This document shows positions 44,069 through 53,998 of a stretch of DNA of 64,000 nucleotides, piece by piece (within the stretch, counting starts at the first letter, position 1; each line of letters opens with the position of its first letter). The position numbers and the translations under genes are program-made. Source of the stretch: Escherichia coli (GTDB lineage Bacteria; Pseudomonadota; Gammaproteobacteria; Enterobacterales; Enterobacteriaceae); NCBI RefSeq assembly GCF_044324785.1, contig NZ_CP172127.1; one strand, 5' to 3'. The notes beneath the pieces were generated by a model. That model worked only from the letters and a program-made list of their open reading frames with translations, made no database searches and was not told where the DNA came from.

Positions 44069-46447
44069 ATGTCCAACAATGGCTCGTCACCGCTGGTGCT
44101 TTGGTATAACCAACTCGGCATGAATGATGTAGACAGGGTTGGGGGCAAAAATGCCTCCCTGGGTGAAATGATTACTAACCTTTCCGGAATGGGTGTTTCC
44201 GTTCCGAATGGTTTTGCCACAACCGCCGACGCGTTTAACCAGTTTCTGGACCAAAGCGGCGTAAACCAGCGCATTTATGAACTGCTGGATAAAACGGATA
44301 TTGACGATGTTACCCAGCTTGCGAAAGCGGGCGCGCAAATCCGCCAGTGGATTATCGACACTCCCTTCCAGCCTGAGCTGGAAAACGCCATCCGCGAAGC
44401 CTATGCACAGCTTTCCGCCGATGACGAAAACGCCTCGTTTGCGGTGCGTTCCTCCGCTACTGCAGAAGATATGCCGGACGCTTCTTTTGCCGGTCAGCAG
44501 GAAACTTTCCTCAACGTTCAGGGTTTTGACGCCGTTCTCGTGGCTGTGAAACATGTATTTGCTTCTCTGTTTAACGATCGCGCCATCTCTTATCGTGTGC
44601 ACCAGGGTTACGATCACCGTGGCGTGGCGCTCTCCGCCGGTGTTCAGCGGATGGTGCGCTCCGACCTCGCATCTTCTGGCGTGATGTTCTCCATTGATAC
44701 CGAATCCGGCTTTGACCAGGTGGTGTTTATCACTTCCGCATGGGGCCTTGGTGAAATGGTCGTGCAGGGTGCGGTTAACCCGGATGAGTTTTACGTGCAC
44801 AAACCGACACTGGCGGCGAATCGCCCGGCTATCGTGCGCCGCACCATGGGGTCGAAAAAAATCCGCATGGTCTACGCGCCGACCCAGGAGCACGGCAAGC
44901 AGGTTAAAATCGAAGACGTACCGCAGGAACAGCGTGACATCTTCTCGCTGACCAACGAAGAAGTGCAGGAACTGGCAAAACAGGCCGTACAAATTGAGAA
45001 ACACTACGGTCGCCCGATGGATATTGAGTGGGCGAAAGATGGCCACACCGGTAAACTGTTCATTGTGCAGGCGCGTCCGGAAACCGTGCGCTCACGCGGT
45101 CAGGTCATGGAGCGTTATACGCTGCATTCACAGGGTAAGATTATCGCCGAAGGCCGTGCTATCGGTCATCGCATCGGTGCGGGTCCGGTGAAAGTCATCC
45201 ATGACATCAGCGAAATGAACCGCATCGAACCTGGAGACGTGCTGGTCACTGACATGACCGACCCGGACTGGGAACCGATCATGAAGAAAGCATCTGCCAT
45301 CGTCACCAACCGTGGCGGTCGTACCTGTCACGCGGCGATCATCGCTCGTGAACTGGGTATTCCGGCGGTAGTGGGCTGTGGTGATGCAACAGAACGGATG
45401 AAAGACGGTGAGAACGTCACTGTTTCTTGTGCCGAAGGTGATACCGGTTACGTCTATGCGGAGTTGCTGGAATTTAGCGTGAAAAGCTCCAGCGTAGAAA
45501 CGATGCCGGATCTGCCGTTGAAGGTGATGATGAACGTCGGTAACCCGGACCGTGCTTTCGACTTCGCCTGCCTGCCGAACGAAGGCGTGGGCCTTGCACG
45601 TCTGGAATTTATCATCAACCGTATGATTGGCGTCCACCCACGCGCACTGCTTGAGTTTGACGATCAGGAACCGCAGTTGCAAAACGAAATCCGCGAGATG
45701 ATGAAAGGTTTTGATTCTCCGCGTGAATTTTACGTTGGGCGTTTGACTGAAGGGATCGCGACGCTGGGTGCCGCGTTTTATCCGAAGCGCGTCATTGTCC
45801 GTCTCTCTGATTTTAAATCGAACGAATATGCCAACCTGGTCGGTGGTGAGCGTTACGAGCCAGATGAAGAGAACCCGATGCTCGGCTTCCGTGGCGCGGG
45901 CCGCTATGTTTCCGACAGCTTCCGCGACTGCTTCGCGCTGGAGTGTGAAGCAGTGAAACGTGTGCGCAACGACATGGGGCTGACCAACGTTGAGATCATG
46001 ATCCCGTTCGTGCGTACCGTAGATCAGGCGAAAGCGGTGGTTGACGAACTGGCGCGTCAGGGGCTGAAACGTGGTGAGAACGGGCTGAAAATCATCATGA
46101 TGTGTGAAATTCCGTCCAACGCCTTGCTGGCAGAGCAGTTCCTCGAATATTTCGACGGCTTCTCAATTGGCTCAAACGACATGACACAGCTGGCGCTCGG
46201 TCTGGACCGTGACTCCGGCGTGGTGTCTGAACTGTTCGATGAGCGCAACGATGCGGTGAAAGCACTGCTGTCGATGGCGATTCGTGCCGCGAAGAAACAG
46301 GGCAAATATGTCGGGATTTGCGGTCAGGGTCCGTCCGACCACGAAGACTTTGCCGCATGGTTGATGGAAGAGGGGATCGATAGCCTGTCTCTGAACCCGG
46401 ATACTGTGGTGCAAACGTGGTTAAGCCTGGCTGAACTGAAGAAATAA
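44069..46447 (+). CDS. ppsA: phosphoenolpyruvate synthase
   Basis: ORF 44069..46447, 792 aa, [34 protein letters not shown]... Confidence 0.97.
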   Translation: MSNNGSSPLVLWYNQLGMNDVDRVGGKNASLGEMITNLSGMGVSVPNGFATTADAFNQFLDQSGVNQRIYELLDKTDIDDVTQLAKAGAQIRQWIIDTPFQPELENAIREAYAQLSADDENASFAVRSSATAEDMPDASFAGQQETFLNVQGFDAVLVAVKHVFASLFNDRAISYRVHQGYDHRGVALSAGVQRMVRSDLASSGVMFSIDTESGFDQVVFITSAWGLGEMVVQGAVNPDEFYVHKPTLAANRPAIVRRTMGSKKIRMVYAPTQEHGKQVKIEDVPQEQRDIFSLTNEEVQELAKQAVQIEKHYGRPMDIEWAKDGHTGKLFIVQARPETVRSRGQVMERYTLHSQGKIIAEGRAIGHRIGAGPVKVIHDISEMNRIEPGDVLVTDMTDPDWEPIMKKASAIVTNRGGRTCHAAIIARELGIPAVVGCGDATERMKDGENVTVSCAEGDTGYVYAELLEFSVKSSSVETMPDLPLKVMMNVGNPDRAFDFACLPNEGVGLARLEFIINRMIGVHPRALLEFDDQEPQLQNEIREMMKGFDSPREFYVGRLTEGIATLGAAFYPKRVIVRLSDFKSNEYANLVGGERYEPDEENPMLGFRGAGRYVSDSFRDCFALECEAVKRVRNDMGLTNVEIMIPFVRTVDQAKAVVDELARQGLKRGENGLKIIMMCEIPSNALLAEQFLEYFDGFSIGSNDMTQLALGLDRDSGVVSELFDERNDAVKALLSMAIRAAKKQGKYVGICGQGPSDHEDFAAWLMEEGIDSLSLNPDTVVQTWLSLAELKK

Positions 46448-46454
46448 AATAAAT

Positions 46455-46482
46455 CCCCGGCGGCGTTTTGTCGCCGGGTTTA
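46455..46482. terminator. bidirectional hairpin between convergent ppsA and fadK
   Basis: cccggcg-gcgttttgt-cgccggg followed by tttatg. Confidence 0.55.
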
Positions 46483-46503
46483 TGTGATCCCCGAAGATGA
46501 AAC

Positions 46504-48150
46504 TTATTCAATCTCTTCACAGACATCCTGAGTTAATCGCCGCATAATATCTTTCCTTAACAAAAACTTTTGTATTTTACCTGAGGCTGTGCGCGGTAGT
46601 TTTTCGATTACCACGATATGTTCAGGATATTTATATTTCGCGACCCGTTTACGGCTAAAAAATGCCACCACCTCTTCCAGCGATAATGAATGATGCGGCG
46701 CTTTCAGCACGACATAAGCGCATGAACGTTCACCTAAGCGTTCATCGGGCATTGCAACCACACAAGCATCGTGAATTTTAGGATGCTGTAATAAAATATC
46801 TTCCACTTCACGGCTGCTAATATTTTCGCCGCCGCGGACAATAATATCTTTCTTGCGCCCGGTTATTTTTATATAGCCAGCCTCATCCATGCGGCAGAGA
46901 TCGCCGCTGTAATACCAGCCTTCTTCATCCAGCGCACGGGCGGTTAATTCAGGTTCATCAAAATACCCCATAAACACATTGGGGCCACGCGAGGCTTCTT
47001 CACCTTCGTAACCTGGCGGTAAGGTCTTGCGTGCGTCATCGACCACTTTAATCTCAACTCCTGCGGCAGCGTAACCATCGGTGTGCATAAAGCGCGATAA
47101 AGGATCGTCGAGATTCACCACTGCGTGCGGCGAACTTTCTGTGGAACCATAAACACTTAATAATTTAATGCCGCGCTGCTGGCATTCACGCGCCACTTTT
47201 TTGGGGATTGTGGTCCCGCCGCAAAGAAAGAAGCGCAGCGCTGAAAGGTCTGCGGGTTGTTTCTCCAGTAAATTCAAAAGATCATAGACAAACGGCGTTG
47301 CGCCGAGCATACAGGTGCAACGCTGCTGCTCAAGCAGCGCGAGACACGCATCAGGAGTGAAAATATCTAACAACACGCTGCGAGCGCCAATTAAGAATGG
47401 TGCCGTTACGCCATGCAGAAAGCCCGTTGCATGACCAAGTGGCGCAGGCATCATAAAGACATCCTGCCAGGTCAGATTCAACCGCGCGCAATAAGCCCGC
47501 TCACTGGCGAGAATATTGTTATGCGTTAGCATCACGCCCTTTGGCAGACCCTCGGTTCCGGAGGTAAACAGCACCGCGGCTAATTCATCGCCGTGGACCG
47601 TTATCGCCGTGGTCAGAGGAGTATTGTCGGCGATAATCTGACTTAATGAGAGGGAAGAGGTGGCGGGAGCCAGTTTGTCCACGCCGACAATTTGTTGTAG
47701 TTGTGGAAGCTGATTTTGCAGCGGCAGGATTAAATCTACCGGACGCGTTTGTTTAAACAACGTCGGAGCAAAGAACATTTTTGCCTGACACTTATTGAGC
47801 ACCCATACCAGTTCTGCTTCCCGCCAGGAAGGCAACAGCGGTACGGAAACCGCACCGATTTTCAGGCAGGCAAGATAGATAACGGTAAATTCACACCAGC
47901 CAGGCAGTTGAAATGCGATGCGATCGCCTGATTCAATACCCTTCGCTAACATCCAGTTTGCCAGACAGCTCGCGGCGTGATCGAGCGCGCTATAGGTGTA
48001 CGATGCTCCATGATTATCGACCACGGCAATTTTGTCTGGCATCGCACGAGCGGTCTGCTGCCAGTAATCGGCCAGCGAAGCATCGCCCCATAGCCCTTGC
48101 TGACGATACGCCGCACGACGTTGTTCGTTAAACGTTAATGTCACTTTCAT
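46504..48150 (-). CDS. fadK: short-chain acyl-CoA synthetase FadK (anaerobic)
   Basis: ORF 46504..48204; start preferred at ATG 48150 (MKVTLTFNEQ..., 548 aa); the longer frame start at 48204 has no Shine-Dalgarno; adenylate-forming enzyme motifs. Confidence 0.9.
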   Translation of the reverse strand: MKVTLTFNEQRRAAYRQQGLWGDASLADYWQQTARAMPDKIAVVDNHGASYTYSALDHAASCLANWMLAKGIESGDRIAFQLPGWCEFTVIYLACLKIGAVSVPLLPSWREAELVWVLNKCQAKMFFAPTLFKQTRPVDLILPLQNQLPQLQQIVGVDKLAPATSSLSLSQIIADNTPLTTAITVHGDELAAVLFTSGTEGLPKGVMLTHNNILASERAYCARLNLTWQDVFMMPAPLGHATGFLHGVTAPFLIGARSVLLDIFTPDACLALLEQQRCTCMLGATPFVYDLLNLLEKQPADLSALRFFLCGGTTIPKKVARECQQRGIKLLSVYGSTESSPHAVVNLDDPLSRFMHTDGYAAAGVEIKVVDDARKTLPPGYEGEEASRGPNVFMGYFDEPELTARALDEEGWYYSGDLCRMDEAGYIKITGRKKDIIVRGGENISSREVEDILLQHPKIHDACVVAMPDERLGERSCAYVVLKAPHHSLSLEEVVAFFSRKRVAKYKYPEHIVVIEKLPRTASGKIQKFLLRKDIMRRLTQDVCEEIE

Positions 48151-48206
48151 TTTGGACTCTCGAGACAGAACATCAGGCCCGAGATGCGGGCCTGTGGGAT
48201 GCATGA

Positions 48207-48500
48207 TTAGCCGTAGCGAAAATCAATACCGAAGGTGCCTGCGGGATATTGCCACTGTTCGAGAATAGTGTTGCCGCACAGCACCCGACAGGTGCCGCAC
48301 TCCAGACAACCGGCGGAATCGAAATGAATATTTCCTGCGTCATCCTGCTTATAAAGTCCGGCAGGGCAGGCTTTCATTAATTTACGGAATTCATTGATAT
48401 CGGGATTTGCCGCCAGAATGATATGCGGATGGCCCTCATCAACATGGAATTTATTGACGCCTAATTTGATGTCGACGTTAACCGTAGCGTTCTGGCTCAT
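48207..48500 (-). CDS. ydiT: ferredoxin-like protein YdiT (FixX homologue)
   Basis: ORF 48207..48500, 97 aa; Cys cluster CPAGLY...CLECGTCRVLC. Confidence 0.93.
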   Translation of the reverse strand: MSQNATVNVDIKLGVNKFHVDEGHPHIILAANPDINEFRKLMKACPAGLYKQDDAGNIHFDSAGCLECGTCRVLCGNTILEQWQYPAGTFGIDFRYG

Positions 48501-49786
48501 AGCGCGGTTGCTCCCTTAATGCCATCTTTCAGCAAGTTGATCAGTCCAATTTTCTTCGCGTGTCCCATGATCATTTTGCGTACCGGTTGGTTAGGTTTGC
48601 CGTCAATGGTGAACATCTCGTTCATGATGTCGGCGACCATGCGCGGATACTGACTAAACAGGCGCGGATTTTCCATCAGCGCCGGGATCTTGCGGAAATG
48701 CTGCATATCGCGCATAACACAACTTTGTTCCAGCTCACGTTTGTATTGCGCCAGACTGCTGGTGGAGAAATCCGCGCGTTCTTTGGCGGCAATCACCGTT
48801 GTGGCGGCAGCCTGAGCTGATGCAATGGCTAAATCCATGCCGCGAACTGTAAAACCCAAATTCAGGCAGAAGCCTGCGGCGTCACCAACGATCATCACGC
48901 CATCGTTAACCAGCTGCGGCACCATCGCCAGACCGCCTTCCGGTACCATATGCGCGGAGTATTCAAGCAGTTTGCCGCCGCTAATCAGCGGGCGAATGGC
49001 GGGGTGTTGTTTAAAATCTTCCAGCATTTGCGGCACGCTTTTTTGCGCATGGGCGATATCACCCAATCCACAAACCAGCCCCAACGATATGGAATCCTTA
49101 TTGGTATAGAGGAATCCGCCACCCATCAGGCCGTCAGAAGGGGAACCGGCAAACAGCCAGGCGGCACCTTCCTCGCCCGTAATATTAAAGCGATCGTTGA
49201 TCTGTTCTGGTGTGAGGCCAATAACCTCTTTAACACCAACAGCGTAATGATGCGGATCGGAAGCGGGAACCATTCCCAGCGAGCGGCCAAGCATCGAGTT
49301 AACGCCATCAGCCAGAATCACCACATTCGCTTCGAGAATATCATCCCCAGCCTGGACGCCAGTGACCTTGTTTCCTTCACGAACCAGCGCATCGACGCGA
49401 ACGCCCGGGATAAACTGTGCGCCCGCCTGCTCGGCTTGTTCCATCAACCACGGGTCCAGACGATTACGCAATACGGTATAAGATGCGTGTTGCGGAACAT
49501 CTGGTTGCTCGCGGTGAAAATCGAGGGTAACGGCGCTCTCTTCGGTTAAGAAGGAGATTTTCTCGCGTGTGACCTTGCGTTCTACCGGCGCTGATGCTGC
49601 AAAGCCTGGAATGATTGCTTCAAGTGTGTGGGCATAAAGACGCCCGCCGGTCATGTTTTTACATCCGGCACTGTCGCCGCGTTCTATCACCAGGACATCC
49701 AGCCCGGCTTGCGCCATGACCAGTGCGGCAACGCTACCAGCAACGCCCGCACCGACCACAATGGCATCAAATTTGTCATCCGACAT
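48497..49786 (-). CDS. ydiS: electron-transfer-flavoprotein:quinone oxidoreductase homologue YdiS (FixC-like)
   Basis: ORF 48497..49786, 429 aa; N-terminal FAD fold DAIVVGAGVAGS; 4-nt overlap with ydiT. Confidence 0.93.
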   Translation of the reverse strand: MSDDKFDAIVVGAGVAGSVAALVMAQAGLDVLVIERGDSAGCKNMTGGRLYAHTLEAIIPGFAASAPVERKVTREKISFLTEESAVTLDFHREQPDVPQHASYTVLRNRLDPWLMEQAEQAGAQFIPGVRVDALVREGNKVTGVQAGDDILEANVVILADGVNSMLGRSLGMVPASDPHHYAVGVKEVIGLTPEQINDRFNITGEEGAAWLFAGSPSDGLMGGGFLYTNKDSISLGLVCGLGDIAHAQKSVPQMLEDFKQHPAIRPLISGGKLLEYSAHMVPEGGLAMVPQLVNDGVMIVGDAAGFCLNLGFTVRGMDLAIASAQAAATTVIAAKERADFSTSSLAQYKRELEQSCVMRDMQHFRKIPALMENPRLFSQYPRMVADIMNEMFTIDGKPNQPVRKMIMGHAKKIGLINLLKDGIKGATAL

Positions 49787-49841
49787 GCGTTATGCTCCCT
49801 TCCCGCTGCGTTTACAGCGGGAGATGTGGTTGAAAGGGGAA

Positions 49842-50780
49842 TTAGCGGCTCAACTGGCTAATCAGGGCAGGGACGACTTTGTAGATATCGCCCACCAGAC
49901 CGTAGTCGGCATAGTTGAAGATTGGCGCATTTTTATCTTTATTGATGGCGACAATCACTTTTGCGCCGTTGCCGCCAACCATATGCTGGATCTGCCCGGA
50001 GATTCCCAGCGTCAGGTAGAGATCGGATTTCAGCAACACGCCGGAGACACCGATATAACGTTCACGCTCCATCCAGTTCTCGCCTTCGGCAATTGGACGT
50101 GAACAGCCGACTTCAGCATTCAGAACCGCCGCCAGTTCGTGGACCATTTTCAGGTCATCCTGCGCTGCCAGACCACGACCGACGCCAACCACACGTTTTG
50201 CTTTGCTCAGGTCCACGCTGCTTGCCGCTTTCGCACGGCGTTCGCGACAGAGAATTTCATGACGCGGGGCAACATAAGGTACCGTTTCTGTCGGGCACTG
50301 ATGAGAGGTATCACTGGTGCACGGTTCCTGAACACCGGGTGCAAGGGTAATGATCGCCAGCGGGCTGTTGATCTTTTCCTGTGCGAACGCTAACCCGCCA
50401 TACATCCGGTGTTCGGCGCAAATGTGACCATCGACAATATCCACCGCCGTGGCATCGTTCACCAGCGCCGCATTCAGTTGCACACTTAACCGTGCTGCCA
50501 GAGCTTTACCACGTTTCGTCGCGGCCAACAGCAACATAGCGGGGTGTTTATCTTTCAGCAGGGCAGCAATGCTTTCGGCGTAATTTTCAGTACGTTGCAG
50601 CGCATCATTTTGCTCAAGAACATAAATACATTTTGGACCATAAGGCATAACTGCCTGCGCCTGGTCGGTATTTTGTACAATGGCATACACCTGTTGACCC
50701 CATTGCTGCGCGCCGCCAAACAGTTCAGCATAACGTTCAGGATTATCGCTAAAGACCCAGACGCTGTTTAATTGACTCAT
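49842..50780 (-). CDS. ydiR: electron transfer flavoprotein alpha subunit homologue YdiR (FixB-like)
   Basis: ORF 49842..50780, 312 aa. Confidence 0.93.
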   Translation of the reverse strand: MSQLNSVWVFSDNPERYAELFGGAQQWGQQVYAIVQNTDQAQAVMPYGPKCIYVLEQNDALQRTENYAESIAALLKDKHPAMLLLAATKRGKALAARLSVQLNAALVNDATAVDIVDGHICAEHRMYGGLAFAQEKINSPLAIITLAPGVQEPCTSDTSHQCPTETVPYVAPRHEILCRERRAKAASSVDLSKAKRVVGVGRGLAAQDDLKMVHELAAVLNAEVGCSRPIAEGENWMERERYIGVSGVLLKSDLYLTLGISGQIQHMVGGNGAKVIVAINKDKNAPIFNYADYGLVGDIYKVVPALISQLSR

Positions 50781-50799
50781 CGTTTCTTCTCCGTAGGCT

Positions 50800-51564
50800 T
50801 CAGTTCAGGGCTTTCTTCAGATGTTCCACCAGCTCGGCAATGGCCTCCGGCGAATCGTTATCGAGAATGATGTGCTTACGTTCTGTTTGCGGCGGTACGC
50901 GAATGCCGGTCAGTTCAGCAAGTGGTGCGCTCTGGCTCCAGCCAATATCACTTGCCTGCCACTGATTTACCGGTTTTTTACCCGCGCCGAGAATGGCTTT
51001 CATCGAAGGAATGCGTGGCATGTTAATATCGGAGGTGACGCAGAGCACGGCTGGAACAGAGAGCTCAATAACTTCAACATCATCTTCAAGCGTGCGTTCA
51101 ATCACCAGTGTATTGCCCTGACGCTGAATAGCACTCACTGCATTAATCACCGGAAGTTGCAGAATTTCTCCGACCAGCAAGCCAACCTGCTGGGCATAAA
51201 GGTCGCCGGAACCTTCACCAAAGATCAGTAAATCGAAGCCGATCTTTTCAACTGCTGCCGCCAGCGCCTTTGCGGTATCGAGAGGCAGTGCATGTTCAAG
51301 TTGCGCATCCTGCACCAAATACAGGCTATGCGGCCCGCGGGATAGCACGTCTTTGCGCACTTTCGAGTTCTGCAACAATGAGCCACCAATAGTCAGCGCG
51401 GCTATCTCATCGTCATCTGTTGCAAGCTGGCTTGCAGCTTCAATGGCATTGAGATCGAACTGGCTGATTTTGGCGTCGGCATTGTCGAAATTCAGGGTAT
51501 ATTCTGGAGTGACAACAATGTCCTGTTCTTCAGGCACCAGCTTAAAGCAGGTTATTATTTTCAT
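50800..51564 (-). CDS. ydiQ: electron transfer flavoprotein beta subunit homologue YdiQ (FixA-like)
   Basis: ORF 50800..51663; start set to ATG 51564 (MKIITCFKLVPEEQDI..., 254 aa). Confidence 0.9.
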   Translation of the reverse strand: MKIITCFKLVPEEQDIVVTPEYTLNFDNADAKISQFDLNAIEAASQLATDDDEIAALTIGGSLLQNSKVRKDVLSRGPHSLYLVQDAQLEHALPLDTAKALAAAVEKIGFDLLIFGEGSGDLYAQQVGLLVGEILQLPVINAVSAIQRQGNTLVIERTLEDDVEVIELSVPAVLCVTSDINMPRIPSMKAILGAGKKPVNQWQASDIGWSQSAPLAELTGIRVPPQTERKHIILDNDSPEAIAELVEHLKKALN

Positions 51565-51781
51565 GATTTCTCCTGTGAGTCGCATACGGAACCATCTCCG
51601 ATGGAAGGTAAAAATGGCCTGAAAATAGTGTGCGATAGCGGTGCGGGGTTTTCGACGGAGCAAGCTGTTTTCCTTGCCAACAATCTTGCAAAAAAAATGC
51701 GATCGCTAAAACAAAAGTGCAATTTGCGGCAATATAGTTATTCCATGACCGTACAATCTTGCATTCAGTGTAAATAATCTT

Positions 51782-51815
51782 GTTTAGCTCTCGCTAAACG
51801 CGGTTGTATAACCGC
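51782..51815. promoter_or_regulatory. two adjacent perfect inverted repeats in the ydiQ/ydiP divergent intergenic region (function unknown)
   Basis: GTTTAGC-tctc-GCTAAAC (51782..51799) immediately followed by GCGGTT-gtat-AACCGC (51800..51815); 65-98 bp upstream of the ydiP ATG. Confidence 0.3.
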
Positions 51816-51879
51816 AATACACGCCGTATTTTATCCGGCATATATTGTTTTTGCTTGCTCATGGAATAGGGAGGTTGTC

Positions 51880-52791
51880 ATGTATCAACGCTGTTTTGAT
51901 AATGCCAGTGAAACGCTGTTTGTCGCCGGTAAAACGCCACGGCTTTCACGTTTTGCATTTAGCGATGATCCAAAATGGGAGTCCGGACATCACGTTCATG
52001 ACAATGAAACCGAGTTGATTTACGTCAAGAAAGGGGTAGCAAGGTTTACCATCGATTCTTCGTTATATGTCGCGCACGCCGATGACATTGTGGTGATAGA
52101 ACGTGGCAGGCTGCATGCGGTGGCCTCTGACGTTAACGATCCAGCAACGACGTGTACCTGTGCGCTGTACGGCTTTCAGTTTCAGGGGACTGAGGAAAAT
52201 CAGCTACTGCAACCGCATTCTTGCCCGGTAATTGCCGCAGGGCAGGGAAAAGAAGTCATTAAAACCTTATTTAATGAGCTAAGTGTGATTTTGCCGCAAA
52301 GTAAAAATAGCCAAACATCTTCGTTATGGGACGCATTTGCCTATACGTTAGCAATTCTTTACTATGAAAACTTTAAAAATGCTTATCGTTCGGAGCAGGG
52401 GTATATTAAAAAAGATGTTCTGATAAAAGATATTCTTTTCTATCTGAATAATAATTATCGCGAAAAAATCACTTTAGAGCAGTTATCGAAAAAATTTCGT
52501 GCCAGCGTCAGTTATATTTGCCATGAATTTACCAAAGAGTATCGTATTTCCCCTATTAACTATGTTATTCAACGGCGTATGACGGAAGCGAAATGGTCAC
52601 TCACCAATACTGAATTATCACAGGCAGAGATCTCCTGGCGTGTGGGTTATGAAAATGTCGATCACTTTGCCAAACTGTTTTTGCGCCATGTCGGCTGTTC
52701 GCCCAGCGATTACCGCAGGCAATTTAAAAACTGTTTTGCGGAACAAGAAATCTTATCTGAATTTCCTCAACCGGTAAGTCTTGCCGGATAA
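51880..52791 (+). CDS. ydiP: AraC-family transcriptional regulator YdiP
   Basis: ORF 51880..52791, 303 aa; cupin-like N-terminus and AraC HTH C-terminus. Confidence 0.93.
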   Translation: MYQRCFDNASETLFVAGKTPRLSRFAFSDDPKWESGHHVHDNETELIYVKKGVARFTIDSSLYVAHADDIVVIERGRLHAVASDVNDPATTCTCALYGFQFQGTEENQLLQPHSCPVIAAGQGKEVIKTLFNELSVILPQSKNSQTSSLWDAFAYTLAILYYENFKNAYRSEQGYIKKDVLIKDILFYLNNNYREKITLEQLSKKFRASVSYICHEFTKEYRISPINYVIQRRMTEAKWSLTNTELSQAEISWRVGYENVDHFAKLFLRHVGCSPSDYRRQFKNCFAEQEILSEFPQPVSLAG

Positions 52792-52833
52792 ATCTGGCGG
52801 CGCAGTTTGTTAAGAAGCTGCGCCGCCTGCAGA

Positions 52834-53985
52834 TTATTTGTTCTGATAATCTTTCAGGATCTGCCGACCCGCTACGTAAATCATAATTTCGTCTGTACCG
52901 CCGCCGATACGTTCACAACGGACATCACGCCAGAAGCGAGAGACGCGCGCCTCATCGGTATAGCCCAGACCGCCCATGATTTGAATCGCATCATCAATGA
53001 CTTCCATTGCAGTACGTGCGCAGTACAGTTTTGCCAGCGCCGCGCTGGTGCGCAGTGACTGATGCTGATCGGCTTGCCATGCCACTTTCAACACCATGTT
53101 GCGCATGTTGTCGATCTTAATCGCCATCAGCGCCAGTTTTTCCTGGATCATCTGGTTATGACCAATGGGCTTACCAAAAGCGATACGTTGGTTGGCATAG
53201 CGGGCGGCATCTTCGAATGCGCATTCGGCAAAGCCGGTGCTGCGCGCGGCGTTGATCAGGCGCTCCATCTCAAAGTTGTACATCACATTGAGGAAACCCA
53301 TTCCTTCTTCCCCCACCATGTCGCTCTCTTCAACTTCTACGTTGTCGAGATAGACTTCGCAGGTGCTGAGCATATGCCAGCCGATTTTATGCAGCGGGTT
53401 AATCTTAATGCCGGGCTTACTGGAGTCGACCCACCACAGGGTGAAGGCTTTTTTGGGATCTTTCGGTTCTGGATCGCGCGCCAGCACCAGCATATACGGG
53501 TACTCTTTCGCGCCGGTAATAAAGGTTTTCTGGCCGTTGATGTAAACCTTGCCATTTTTACGCGTGTAAGTGGTAGTAGCACTGTTATTGTCTGAGCCTG
53601 CGCCTGGTTCCGTCAACGCCAGGGCATAGGCGGGATCACCCGTTTCCAGGGTGCTCTCTGCCGTTTTACGTAGCTGCTCAGCAGAACCGAAACGGCGCAT
53701 GCTGTGAATACATTGACCGTTGGTAATCAAAAATGCCGGAGCACCGCATTTTGACACTTCCATCAGCGCCAGCATTTGGGTGACGTAATCCGCAGGGATA
53801 CCACCAAATTCTTCCGGCACGCCAAGCATGGAAATACCGTTATCCGCCAGTGCCCGCATAAATTCACGCGGGTATGTCCCGTTTTGATCGCAGGTGCGGA
53901 AATACTCTTCCGGAAAGTTAGTCGTAATCAGTTCGCGAATACTGGCCAGCAGCAGTTCTTGTTCTTCAGTTAAAGAAAAATCCAT
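52834..53985 (-). CDS. ydiO: acyl-CoA dehydrogenase YdiO (CaiA-like)
   Basis: ORF 52834..54039; start set to ATG 53985 (MDFSLTEEQELLLASIREL..., 383 aa). Confidence 0.9.
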   Translation of the reverse strand: MDFSLTEEQELLLASIRELITTNFPEEYFRTCDQNGTYPREFMRALADNGISMLGVPEEFGGIPADYVTQMLALMEVSKCGAPAFLITNGQCIHSMRRFGSAEQLRKTAESTLETGDPAYALALTEPGAGSDNNSATTTYTRKNGKVYINGQKTFITGAKEYPYMLVLARDPEPKDPKKAFTLWWVDSSKPGIKINPLHKIGWHMLSTCEVYLDNVEVEESDMVGEEGMGFLNVMYNFEMERLINAARSTGFAECAFEDAARYANQRIAFGKPIGHNQMIQEKLALMAIKIDNMRNMVLKVAWQADQHQSLRTSAALAKLYCARTAMEVIDDAIQIMGGLGYTDEARVSRFWRDVRCERIGGGTDEIMIYVAGRQILKDYQNK

Positions 53986-53998
53986 CGTGATACTCCTG

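Noticed and set aside
44087-45046. 319-aa minus-strand ORF
   Set aside because: Antisense to ppsA; no independent start signal and no recognisable protein.
48950-49549. 199-aa plus-strand ORF
   Set aside because: Inside ydiS on the opposite strand; ydiS has a clear FAD-binding N-terminus while this frame has no motif.
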